Below, piece by piece: positions 1 to 8,881 of a DNA stretch of 64,000 nucleotides. Position 1 is the first letter of the stretch, and each line of letters opens with the position of its first letter. The position numbers and the translations under genes are program-made. Origin of the DNA: an uncultured Candidatus Saccharibacteria bacterium. GTDB lineage: Bacteria > Patescibacteriota > Minisyncoccia > Phycocordibacterales > UBA9973. Under the pieces are notes generated by a model. That model worked only from the letters and a program-made list of their open reading frames with translations, was not told where the DNA came from and did no database searches. The stretch is taken from the NCBI GenBank assembly GCA_964496425.1, contig CAZBZO010000001.1:205744-269743 (forward strand), in the 5' to 3' direction.

Positions 1-356
1 ATAGGGATTGTAGGAAAATCCTCGTACGGCTGGCCCTTTATAGTGAGGTTAATTTTTTTAGTAATAATATTGAGATTAATTTCGCCTTCGAGAAAAACAG
101 TTGGGTCACCGAAAATATTAGAAATTGTATTAAGGAGGACGCTCCCTTCAACTGCAATAACCCCTTCTTTTTCAACCTTGGCAGGTATTTCAATCTCAAT
201 TCCAAGACTTAGGTTTGTGGAACGGAGTTTCAATGACCGACCGCTCGCAATAAGAAGAATAGAGCTCAGAATTGGAAGTGAGAGATTTTTATTTGCAATA
301 TAGTTTGTCTGAGTGATTGCTGTTTTTATTTTATCCAGTGAGCATTCTATTTTCAT
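1..356 (-). CDS. dnaN: DNA polymerase III beta sliding clamp, N-terminal part (runs off the window start)
   Basis: Reverse-strand translation from the ATG at 354-356 gives MKIECSLDKIKTAITQTNYIANKNLSLPILSSILLIASGRSLKLRSTNLSLGIEIEIPAKVEKEGVIAVEGSVLLNTISNI..., which is typical of the DnaN N-terminus. It lies immediately downstream of dnaA on the same strand. It is absent from the ORF track because it is partial. Confidence 0.7.
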   Translation of the reverse strand, partial: MKIECSLDKIKTAITQTNYIANKNLSLPILSSILLIASGRSLKLRSTNLSLGIEIEIPAKVEKEGVIAVEGSVLLNTISNIFGDPTVFLEGEINLNIITKKINLTIKGQPYEDFPTIP

Positions 357-578
357 ATATAAATACTTATTACTATTATTAAGAGTGGGGAAACAGAGGA
401 AAGGGGTTTTTGTGTTGGTGTGTAAGGATTTTTTATAAAGAGAATTTTTTCTGAAATGTTGATAATATGTGAAATAAAAACCTTTTATTTATTTTTATTT
501 TTTTATTCACAAAATTTGCAATTTTAATCTCGGGTAATGCGTGTGTTATCCACGTATCTATACACAGGTTTTCCGGGG
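357..578. promoter_or_regulatory. Putative oriC: AT-rich dnaA-dnaN intergenic region with DnaA boxes
   Basis: TTATTCACA at 503-511 matches TTATNCACA perfectly. TTATCCACG at 546-554 and CTATACACA at 558-566 each have one mismatch. An A/T-only run at 485-508 is a DUE-like stretch. The dnaA-dnaN position is the classic origin site. Confidence 0.5.
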
Positions 579-1931
579 CTATTTAAATAATACTCGCAAC
601 TGATCTATTTCTTGTACAAGGCTCGGATCGCGCTTAAGGTCGTTTTTAATTTTCAAACATGAATGAATAACTGTTGTGTGATCTTTACCGCCTAGTTTTT
701 GTCCAATGAGAGGATATGAAACATTAAAATCTTCTCGAAGAATATACATAACCATCTGACGAGCTTTCACTATCTCCTTCCGACGGGTCTTATCATAGAT
801 AGTGAGCTCTTCGATGTTGTAAAAATCTGCCACTACTTTTACAACATCTTTTACAGAGATATTTTTCTTTGGCTTAATATTGTTTTTGAGAAGTTTTTTC
901 ACCTCAGCAAGGCCTAAATGTTTGTTTTTTAGCTGGGTTTGGCACACTATGGCGTTTAAGCTTCCTTCGAGTTCTCGAATGTTTCCTTGGACAGAAGAGG
1001 CTACATACTCAATGATTTCAAGGGGAATATCAGCGCCGCTGCTTTTCGCTTTTACTTTCAATATAGCGAGCCGAGACTCATAGTCTGGCTCATTAATGTC
1101 GACGATCATACCCTGCGCAAATCGAGATAAGAGTCGTTCTTCGAGGCCAGGAATAAAATTTGGATGCTTATCTGAGGAAAAGATAATTTGATGGTTATTT
1201 TCGTAGAAAGTATTAAAAGTATGGAAGAGCTCTTCTTGAGTTTTTTCCATCTTCCCCACAAATTGGATATCGTCAATAATGAGTACATCGTATTTGCGAT
1301 ATTTTTCTTTAAATGAACTCGCTTTGTTTTGTTGAAGTGAAGACACTAAATCCGAAGCGAATTTTTCAAGTGTCATATAGTGAACTTTTTTCTCTGGGTA
1401 CTGCTTTTTGATAGTATTACCGATTCCTTGAATGAGGTGGGTTTTACCGAGCCCAGTACCACCATGAATGAAAAATGGGTTATATGACGTGCCAGGTTTT
1501 GCAATTATAGCGCCACCGGCTGCGTACGCCAATTCATTGAACGGGCCGACAATAAAGTTGTCGAAGGTGTATCGAGGGTTGAGATTGTCGTCTTTGTTTA
1601 TATAAAGATCTTGCAATGGGAGTTCTTTGTTGACGAGTGGTTTTGTTTCCTCGCTCGTATCAGCATGTTTCTGTTTGGCTTCATTGCGGGCAATAATGTA
1701 TTCCGCATTGCGGATATCTTCGTATGCACCACGCAGCACACGCAAAATAAGCTTATGGTATTTATTAAAAAGCCAATCCTTAACAAATTCATTTGGTACC
1801 CCGATGTACACCGTGCCAGCATCTTCCTTTAAAATAGAAGTATTCTTAAACCATGTACTGAAATTGGGTTTTGAAACTTCCGCTTCAATTTCTACTAGGC
1901 AGCTGTCCCAAATATTTTTTGTATCGATCAT
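579..1931 (-). CDS. dnaA: Chromosomal replication initiator DnaA
   Basis: 450 aa. The AAA+ Walker A motif GGTGLGKTHL, a Walker B-like LIIDDIQF and the conserved C-terminal DNA-binding region ...TLEEIGQKLGGKDHTTVIHS... are present. Confidence 0.95.
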   Translation of the reverse strand: MIDTKNIWDSCLVEIEAEVSKPNFSTWFKNTSILKEDAGTVYIGVPNEFVKDWLFNKYHKLILRVLRGAYEDIRNAEYIIARNEAKQKHADTSEETKPLVNKELPLQDLYINKDDNLNPRYTFDNFIVGPFNELAYAAGGAIIAKPGTSYNPFFIHGGTGLGKTHLIQGIGNTIKKQYPEKKVHYMTLEKFASDLVSSLQQNKASSFKEKYRKYDVLIIDDIQFVGKMEKTQEELFHTFNTFYENNHQIIFSSDKHPNFIPGLEERLLSRFAQGMIVDINEPDYESRLAILKVKAKSSGADIPLEIIEYVASSVQGNIRELEGSLNAIVCQTQLKNKHLGLAEVKKLLKNNIKPKKNISVKDVVKVVADFYNIEELTIYDKTRRKEIVKARQMVMYILREDFNVSYPLIGQKLGGKDHTTVIHSCLKIKNDLKRDPSLVQEIDQLRVLFK

Positions 1932-2229
1932 GGCAGAGTACAGTATAGTATGGAAATCAAAAAGGTAAAGTTTTTTAGATCTTAATTACTCTGTTGGTAA
2001 CCTGGGGATAAAGGTACATTTTATCACCACGAACGAGATTAAGAATTTTCCAACAGAAAGCCTCCTTTATTGTTAGGTTGTTGGTTGGTTGCTGATGATT
2101 CACACCCATAAGCCGTCTTCCATATATGCCACAGATAAGAATGTTGGTCCCTTTCTTTAAAAACTGGTTAATTTCGATTTTTTGATTGAAACACTTGCTC
2201 GTTTCCACTTTTTACCCTATACTGTCCCC

Positions 2230-2364
2230 ATGTCATTTACCTATAAGCCCAAAAAACGAAAGCGCAAAACAACCCACGGGTTTCTTGTTCGTACAAGTAC
2301 TAAAGCTGGGAAAAAAGTTATAACCCGCCGTCGTCAAAAAGGCCGAAAAAAGCTTACAGTATAA
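2230..2364 (+). CDS. rpmH: 50S ribosomal protein L34
   Basis: The internal start gives [44 protein letters not shown] (44 aa), the canonical L34 size and motif. The ORF-track start at 2182 adds a non-conserved extension. Confidence 0.85.
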   Translation: MSFTYKPKKRKRKTTHGFLVRTSTKAGKKVITRRRQKGRKKLTV

Positions 2365-2370
2365 GGAGTT

Positions 2371-2709
2371 TTGGGTATGCTTCCCAAAAAAGAGCGCTTC
2401 ACAAGGAAAAGTTTTAGCGAGCTTGTCTCCCATGCCGCTCGAGCAAGAGCCGAGCATATGAGCGTTACATACCGACAAACCACTGACCCACTGAAGAAGG
2501 TTTCTTTTGTCATTTCTAAAAAAGTTGTCAAAAGTGCAGTTGAGAGAAATACACTCCGACGTCGCGGCTACCATGCAGTTTCGAGTTTCGACCAAAAACT
2601 CCTTCGTGGCCTTAAAATAATTTTCTTTTTTAATAAAGGGGTGGAAACTCTTCCCTACGCTTTACTTAAGAAAGAAATACACACGCTTCTAAGCCAGGTA
2701 AAAAAATGA
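2371..2709 (+). CDS. rnpA: RNase P protein component
   Basis: 112 aa basic protein with an RNTLRRRGYHAV-type motif, placed directly after rpmH in the conserved rpmH-rnpA order. Confidence 0.85.
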   Translation: MGMLPKKERFTRKSFSELVSHAARARAEHMSVTYRQTTDPLKKVSFVISKKVVKSAVERNTLRRRGYHAVSSFDQKLLRGLKIIFFFNKGVETLPYALLKKEIHTLLSQVKK

Positions 2710-2942
2710 AGCACATTCTTATTTTTGCCATAAAACTATACCAAAAGACTCTCTCTCCTGATCATGGGTTTATAAAATTTCTTTTTCCTAACCTAAAGGT
2801 TTGTACCTTTTATCCCACATGTTCTGAGTATGGCATAGGAGCTATCGGCCGCTATGGAGCGAGAAGAGGGTCTTGGTTAACTTTTTTACGTCTCATGCGG
2901 TGCCATCCATGGCAGAATGAACATTTTGATCCTGTTCCATAG
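2706..2942 (+). CDS. yidD: Membrane protein insertion efficiency factor YidD
   Basis: 78 aa with CTFYPTCSEYGIGAI...RLMRCHPW...DPVP, the YidD signature. It overlaps the rnpA stop. Confidence 0.8.
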   Translation: MKHILIFAIKLYQKTLSPDHGFIKFLFPNLKVCTFYPTCSEYGIGAIGRYGARRGSWLTFLRLMRCHPWQNEHFDPVP

Positions 2943-3005
2943 TTTAGTCTCTACGATAAGAGCATTTTAGCTTGTTTTTAGGCCATTTTACGCTATACTC
3001 TAGCA

Positions 3006-3770
3006 ATGATTCATCTTCTTGTGTCTGCTTGGACCCTTGTTTTTTACCAGCCACTCTATAATGGGCTTATTTTTCTAGTTTCTGAAGTCCCCTTCCATGA
3101 CGTAGGCGTTGCGATCATTATCCTTACTATTATCGTTAAAATTATTCTGTTTCCAGTCACTCGGAAGTCTATTGTGGGCCAAATAAAGCTCAAAGGCCTA
3201 GAGGGAGAAATATCAAAAATCAAAGCAAGTGGCGCTTCAAAAGAAGAACAAGCTAAACAAACATTTGCGCTCTATAAAATCAATAAGGTTAATCCGTTTT
3301 CAAGTTGCCTCCTCATTCTCATCCAGCTTCCTATTTTGATTGCACTCTATTTAGTATTTTTCCATGGTTTTGCCAGTACTGAAGTGGCACTGTATTCATT
3401 CGTGCAGTATCCAGAAGTTATTCACTATAAATTCTTAGGTCTCTTTGATCTTGAAGCTAAAAATATTATTTTGGCGCTCTTGGCAGGTATTACTCAGTTT
3501 TTGCAAGTTCATTTCTCGCCAGTTATTCCTAAGAGTTCAGCTAAAAGCGAAGAAGGTGGGTTTAAGGCTGATATGGCACGGACAATGCAACTTCAAATGA
3601 AGTATCTTTTGCCACTTTTTATCATCTTTGCCTCGTATCGCCTCTCTGCCGCAGTGGCGCTCTATTGGACAGTCAATAATATCACTACAATCATCCAGGA
3701 GCTCCTTATCCGCCGCAGGATTGAACGAATGACAAAAGATGTTATAGTAGCTACTCCTACCTCAAAATAA
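3006..3770 (+). CDS. yidC: Membrane protein insertase YidC/Oxa1 (short form)
   Basis: 254 aa with multiple TM helices and the conserved NPFSSCLLILIQLPILIALY region. Synteny with rnpA and yidD supports the call. Confidence 0.85.
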   Translation: MIHLLVSAWTLVFYQPLYNGLIFLVSEVPFHDVGVAIIILTIIVKIILFPVTRKSIVGQIKLKGLEGEISKIKASGASKEEQAKQTFALYKINKVNPFSSCLLILIQLPILIALYLVFFHGFASTEVALYSFVQYPEVIHYKFLGLFDLEAKNIILALLAGITQFLQVHFSPVIPKSSAKSEEGGFKADMARTMQLQMKYLLPLFIIFASYRLSAAVALYWTVNNITTIIQELLIRRRIERMTKDVIVATPTSK

Positions 3771-3800
3771 CGGGGTTTAGAGAAAGAAGCTTACACCACA

Positions 3801-4274
3801 ATGGATACCAACCGCATTCAAAAAAATATAGAAGAATTTCTTACTCTGGCGACATTCCCTCCAAAGGAAATAAGCCTCGAAGAGCATACGGAGACTAAAG
3901 ATCTCTGGGTCTCTACCATGATTGATAATGCAGGCCTTTTAGTCGGTCCTGGGAGTGAAGGATTTCTTGCCATCAATCACCTTATTAATAAAATGATTGA
4001 AAAAGAGACTGGCGAAGGCGAACTCGTCCGTGTAACGATTGATATCAACGGCTACCAGAAAAAGCGAGTAGAAAATATAAAAACCATCGCGCATATGATG
4101 GCTGAGCGTGCGCGATTTTTCAAATCAAGCGTCGAGCTTGATCCAATGAGTGCGTATGAACGCCGTATTGTGCATGAATTTCTTGCGAATACGAAAGATG
4201 TGCTGACTGAATCGACAGGCGAAGGACGTGATCGAAGAGTCGTCATACGGTTTGCCGAACAAACGAGTATATAA
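3801..4274 (+). CDS. jag: Jag/R3H-domain RNA-binding protein
   Basis: 157 aa. The C-terminal R3H-like ...ERRIVHEFLANTKDVLTESTGEGRDRRVVI is present and the gene follows yidC as in many bacteria. Confidence 0.6.
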   Translation: MDTNRIQKNIEEFLTLATFPPKEISLEEHTETKDLWVSTMIDNAGLLVGPGSEGFLAINHLINKMIEKETGEGELVRVTIDINGYQKKRVENIKTIAHMMAERARFFKSSVELDPMSAYERRIVHEFLANTKDVLTESTGEGRDRRVVIRFAEQTSI

Positions 4275-4297
4275 CACTCCAATTTTCTGCGCGTACT

Positions 4298-5650
4298 CTA
4301 TAATCCGAGATCGTATCTCCACAGTGTGGAGTCTTTTTTATTTGTGAAGATAAGGTAGCGTCCTGTGGTGTCTATGAAAGGATCGACGACGTCAAGATCG
4401 TGTCCAAGGGCTGCGAGAGGATTGATTAAGATGTTACTGGCACGTGAAGCGATATCGATTTTCCAAATCGAATCAGTGAAACTTACGACACCTTTGTACC
4501 AAATGTCGGGGTAGAGTCCAGCGGGGGTATTTTCTGGTACTCCGCAATACACAACTGTCCCCGTAGTGTTCCAGGTACATTTTTCAGGCAACGTACTGAG
4601 TCCGAGGGTCGTCGAAGATTGATTTTTTACATCGTAGAGAGCCAATTGGTTGCTCGTTTGTTTACTCACGCCATAGAGGAAGAGAGAGCCTCCTGGATTG
4701 AAATTGGTAGTAAGCCCGGAAATTGGTCCGATGATTTTTGTGAAAAGGCCACTTAGGGGATCTACAGAATACGTATACCCTGATGCCAGGCCGGAAGCTT
4801 TTGTTGTGGCTGAAAGTATGTTTTGCGCAGGCCATGACATCAGCCATTCTGAAAATGGAGACATGAAAACTTGTTTTTTGCCACTACCGTCGACGTTGGC
4901 CATAGTACCGACAACACCTCCTTCAGTTTTTAAATTGTAAAAGATTTTTGTGCCGTCTGGAGATACGACAAGGTCTAAAATGTTTTGCGGCAGAAACGTG
5001 CCCGTGAGCTCTTTTAAGGTACTGACACCACTACTATCCGCGCTCGTAATCGCTCCCGAGAGCACGCCAGCATAGGTTTCAATTGTCTGATTGTCTTCTT
5101 TAGCGTAGCGCAAAATCACGCTGTTGCCACCTGCGCCAAAGAAAGCTTCTTCAATGCGAGGAATAGTTGTATTTGAAACACGTGATTCAACTGCTGTGTC
5201 GAGGAAGCTTTCGTAAATATGGCCTGTCCCCCGCTCCACAAAGCGCGCCGAGGCGACCTCTTCTGTTCCAGTTGATACTGGCATTGTGGGCGTTTCTTCT
5301 GTGGTAAAAGTTTCAAGTTCGCTATCAAATACCGGCAACATGATATTTCTGGTTGCAAGCAATGATGTTGCTCCGGCAATTGAACGAGCTGTTATCTGTA
5401 AAAGCCGTGGGCGAAGTTGGGTGTCGGGATCTTGCAATATGGTATCATCCGGCGGAGGTGTAGTGCCGTCAGGGGTCGTGCCACTTGGGAAAGTGTTAGA
5501 ACCTAAGAATGGGAAAAATTCAGCGAGTGTTGGAGCTGGCCGACCTTCAAGGGCGGCTTTTTTTTTGGCGGCGTAGAACAAATATCCCACTGCTCCCACA
5601 ATGAGGAGAATGACGAGGACGATAATAATGATGTAGGAGCGGCGTGACAT
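4298..5650 (-). CDS. Membrane-anchored hypothetical protein; last gene of the T4SS-like cluster
   Basis: 450 aa. An N-terminal TM helix (IIIIVLVILLIVGAVGYLFYAA) is followed by a Pro/Thr-rich linker and a repetitive beta-rich region. Confidence 0.55.
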   Translation of the reverse strand: MSRRSYIIIIVLVILLIVGAVGYLFYAAKKKAALEGRPAPTLAEFFPFLGSNTFPSGTTPDGTTPPPDDTILQDPDTQLRPRLLQITARSIAGATSLLATRNIMLPVFDSELETFTTEETPTMPVSTGTEEVASARFVERGTGHIYESFLDTAVESRVSNTTIPRIEEAFFGAGGNSVILRYAKEDNQTIETYAGVLSGAITSADSSGVSTLKELTGTFLPQNILDLVVSPDGTKIFYNLKTEGGVVGTMANVDGSGKKQVFMSPFSEWLMSWPAQNILSATTKASGLASGYTYSVDPLSGLFTKIIGPISGLTTNFNPGGSLFLYGVSKQTSNQLALYDVKNQSSTTLGLSTLPEKCTWNTTGTVVYCGVPENTPAGLYPDIWYKGVVSFTDSIWKIDIASRASNILINPLAALGHDLDVVDPFIDTTGRYLIFTNKKDSTLWRYDLGL

Positions 5651-5652
5651 AT

Positions 5653-7845
5653 TTATGGGGTAGTAAACGATGGCCAGGTGCCGTTTATAAAGTCTCCATC
5701 ATGTTTTATTTTTACTGTGTATTTTGTTTTTGATTTCAGCCCGGTAAAGATAGTATTAATATTGCCACTTGCATCAAGAAAGAGATTTGCTGCTTTCGCT
5801 AATTGCTCGCCTTCATATACTCCTGTGTAAAGGTGATCGCTTTTATAAAGGGTGCTGGAAACTGTAATTTTTACTGCAGAGGTTGTGATGTCAGACAGGG
5901 TAACAGTAATACCCTCGGATGTTCCAGATAATGAAGTTGAACTTCCTGATGATGAAGAACTTGGAACTGTGAATGATTTGGTTCCTAAAATTTGTTCTTG
6001 ACTCGAAGTTGAGGCTTTATAAACAATTTCGACTTTATATGTTCCCGCAGTTAGTGGTGTGAGGGGAACGGAATATACACCTAAAGTATTCGGTGTTAAT
6101 GGCGATATGATTCCGGTGGCCAGTGGAGGGATTGGTAATTTTTGTAATTTATATCCTACTCCCACACCATTTTCATATGTTCCAGTTAATGTGCCGCTTA
6201 AGGTAGCTGAAGTGGTGGTGATATTGGTAATATTTGGGGTCATAGAAGAAGTTCCACTTCCTCCACTGAGAATATTATTTGTCGAGTACGGGTTAGTAGA
6301 AGTTGTGGGATTACACCCCCAATTATTTGCAGTAAGTTTTTGTTGGTTGGTTTGTACTTTTGTCACATAATTCCTTGTCTCCGCATAGCCCTTATTAAGA
6401 GTGCATTGCCAGTATGTTTGTCCAGGGCAACTTGTACTTACTTTATTTGCTCCCGGTCCGCCATTATATGCAGCAATACGATATATAACGTTTGAAGTGG
6501 TGCATACTGTATTTGAACTTTTTCCACCACACGCAGTCGACACCAATTGCTTCATGTACTTTACGCCCGCATCAATATTGGTTGCTGGGTCTTTGATTTT
6601 AGATACGTCATACCCAAGACTCTTGAATGTTGGTTCAGTAAGCTGCATTAGTCCGTATGCATGCCCCGTTGTTTGTGAGCCGTCTTTATTTTTGATTACG
6701 AAATTACTTTGTGCATTTGGGTCACCAGCGGACTCAGCATACATATGAGCTTTAGCGAGCGTACAATCCACGCCGTATTTACTACATGATGATTTTAATA
6801 ATGCATCATACGTATCGATATTTGTGTTTACGTTTGCAGCTGCTGTCCCACCAGTAAATGTTCCTCCACCCGAAGTAAATTCGGTAGGATCTTCAATCGT
6901 TATTACTTGTTCTGCAATAGTTGTATCGAAATTCACCAACTGCGGGTTGATTGTGTTTAATATAATATAAGCACCAAGGGCGATGATGAGGCCGAAGATG
7001 GAGTGCGAGATTTTTTCTTTCGCACCTTCTTTGCCGGAGACCGCATCGGTCGACATGTACTGGATACCAGCAACGACGATCATAAAGACTGCCAGCACTC
7101 CACAAAGCGCGATGATGAAGCGAATAATGCCAAGCAAATAGCTTCCAATCCCACTTGTTATATCTACACGACCATTTCCGTCGCCAATGCCAGGGAGTGG
7201 AGCTAAAAGGCAGTATCCTCCCTCGCCTTCTTCACAAGCAGATTCGCTAGGGTCAGACGGGCTTTCACAGTTGGGATCACCAGACCCATCTTCTTTAAAG
7301 TCCACCTTTGTATCACTATCATTGTCTATATCGTCATCACAAGCAAAAATATTACTAAAATCATTTGCTGAAAGCGTATAATCCGCATTATCTTCCCCAG
7401 GTGTTATTAATGGTGGTATTATATGTGTCAGACCATCACCTACGCCGTATTTACTGCCATCACTACGCAAAAACTCAATGTCGAATTTCATTCCTGGTTG
7501 AAGATCTTCAAATGTTACACTAAATTTACTGCTTGGTTTTGATGTAGTTGTGGCGGGTACGGGATTTGGGGAACCTTTCGCTTGGCAGCATATTTTTTGG
7601 TTTGTTGTGCCACTTGATTGTATTTCTTGGGTAAGAAGATCGGCATTTATTGTTGTATTTGTTTTGAGATCGTATGCATTGAAGTACAGTGTGATTGCAT
7701 AAGTGTCCCCGGTTTGTGCGAATTCCCCACGAGGAGTAATCTCTTCAATATCAATTGCAAATGCTTGACTTGGGGTGGCAATAAAAATTCCACCACCGAT
7801 CAATACAGCAAGAAAAAAGAGCATTGTTTTTATAGTAATTCTCAT
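5653..7845 (-). CDS. SLT-domain lytic transglycosylase (VirB1-like) with an internal hydrophobic pilin-like segment and C-terminal repeats
   Basis: 730 aa. A signal peptide MRITIKTMLFFLAVLIGGGIFIATPSQAFA is present. The SLT catalytic region AHMYAESAGDPNAQS...GHAYGLMQL...AYNGGPG is present. Two TM helices (LLGIIRFIIALCGVLAVFMIVVAG / IFGLIIALGAYIIL) and Thr/Ser-rich Ig-like repeats at the C-terminus are also present. Confidence 0.8.
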   Translation of the reverse strand: MRITIKTMLFFLAVLIGGGIFIATPSQAFAIDIEEITPRGEFAQTGDTYAITLYFNAYDLKTNTTINADLLTQEIQSSGTTNQKICCQAKGSPNPVPATTTSKPSSKFSVTFEDLQPGMKFDIEFLRSDGSKYGVGDGLTHIIPPLITPGEDNADYTLSANDFSNIFACDDDIDNDSDTKVDFKEDGSGDPNCESPSDPSESACEEGEGGYCLLAPLPGIGDGNGRVDITSGIGSYLLGIIRFIIALCGVLAVFMIVVAGIQYMSTDAVSGKEGAKEKISHSIFGLIIALGAYIILNTINPQLVNFDTTIAEQVITIEDPTEFTSGGGTFTGGTAAANVNTNIDTYDALLKSSCSKYGVDCTLAKAHMYAESAGDPNAQSNFVIKNKDGSQTTGHAYGLMQLTEPTFKSLGYDVSKIKDPATNIDAGVKYMKQLVSTACGGKSSNTVCTTSNVIYRIAAYNGGPGANKVSTSCPGQTYWQCTLNKGYAETRNYVTKVQTNQQKLTANNWGCNPTTSTNPYSTNNILSGGSGTSSMTPNITNITTTSATLSGTLTGTYENGVGVGYKLQKLPIPPLATGIISPLTPNTLGVYSVPLTPLTAGTYKVEIVYKASTSSQEQILGTKSFTVPSSSSSGSSTSLSGTSEGITVTLSDITTSAVKITVSSTLYKSDHLYTGVYEGEQLAKAANLFLDASGNINTIFTGLKSKTKYTVKIKHDGDFINGTWPSFTTP

Positions 7846-8828
7846 TATTTTGCGAGAGTTATCGTTATATTTACCCCGGCTTCTTGGAAAAGCTTTATGA
7901 CATTTTCAACACCGACTGATATTTTTGCCAGACCCTCATCTTCGGGCTTTTTGCGAAGTACGAGGAGGTTTTTTGTAGCCGGCGTCTCTATCTTTTGATC
8001 ATTGAGTACCCATGAGTATTTCAGCTGAGTATTGGTGGGATTTTTAGGAGAGAAGAAATACGGTGCGACCAGAACTCCTACTTCAGAACCGGAAAAAATG
8101 AAACCATTTCCTAGCGCACGATTATAGAGTGTACCTTCAGCGAGATTGTTTTGGTAGAGCACTATTTCAGGATTGGTCGGGACGATGGTTATTTGTCCTT
8201 CAGATGCAGATCCACCTGAGAGACTAGAAACTCCGGCACTGACTGTTTCCACTTGATGCAAATAGCTTGATCGAAAGGTGTAAGATTGTTTGCCGTAGCC
8301 TGACTCTTCTTGGGCCGGATCGTAATTGTTTTCCCAGGTGTATACCAAATCTTCTGGCCGAGCTGTCGCGCCATTTATTCTCATATTTGGCATGGCAGTT
8401 ACTTTAATACTTGCTTCTTTAGCGGGAAGAGCTTTCCCGCGATAAAACGGTGGCACATATGAGTCCGGAGCTTCATAGAGTATATCTACTTCAGATGGCG
8501 CAAGCACAATCCGCTTTTCGATCACAGTCCCATCACGAAGATCAATGGTCGCTGATACTACGGTAGTAGTGCCGACTCCACCTGAAGTTACGCTAAACTC
8601 CGTCTTTCCAGTGCCAGAGAGCTTTACCGCCTCGTCGACGTACCAGGTAATCGTCGCCCGATTAAGATCAGTAGAAAATGAAGAGAGAGTAATTCGGACG
8701 TTTTCAAGCGGTCCAGGAATAGCCGGAGATGTCGCGACTGAAATGTCACTTCCGACGATTTGCGCATGCGCGCTTGTCGCAAAGCTTAATAGACAAGCTA
8801 CTATAAATAACAATACAAACTTCTTCAT
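7845..8828 (-). CDS. Secreted hypothetical protein in the T4SS-like cluster
   Basis: 327 aa with a signal peptide MKKFVLLFIVACLLSFATSAHAQ. No recognisable catalytic motifs. Confidence 0.55.
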   Translation of the reverse strand: MKKFVLLFIVACLLSFATSAHAQIVGSDISVATSPAIPGPLENVRITLSSFSTDLNRATITWYVDEAVKLSGTGKTEFSVTSGGVGTTTVVSATIDLRDGTVIEKRIVLAPSEVDILYEAPDSYVPPFYRGKALPAKEASIKVTAMPNMRINGATARPEDLVYTWENNYDPAQEESGYGKQSYTFRSSYLHQVETVSAGVSSLSGGSASEGQITIVPTNPEIVLYQNNLAEGTLYNRALGNGFIFSGSEVGVLVAPYFFSPKNPTNTQLKYSWVLNDQKIETPATKNLLVLRKKPEDEGLAKISVGVENVIKLFQEAGVNITITLAK

Positions 8829-8881
8829 GTGCTTATATTATATGCCATTCAAGAAGAATTAAGAAGTGAGAATTTTGCTTT

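Noticed and set aside
43-303. Plus-strand 86-aa ORF at the window start
   Set aside because: It is antisense to a clear DnaN N-terminal coding frame on the minus strand and its composition is implausible.
1932-2181. dnaA-rpmH intergenic region as the oriC location
   Set aside because: Only 2-mismatch DnaA-box-like sites occur there (TTATCACCA, TGATTCACA). The dnaA-dnaN spacer has better boxes and a DUE-like A/T run.
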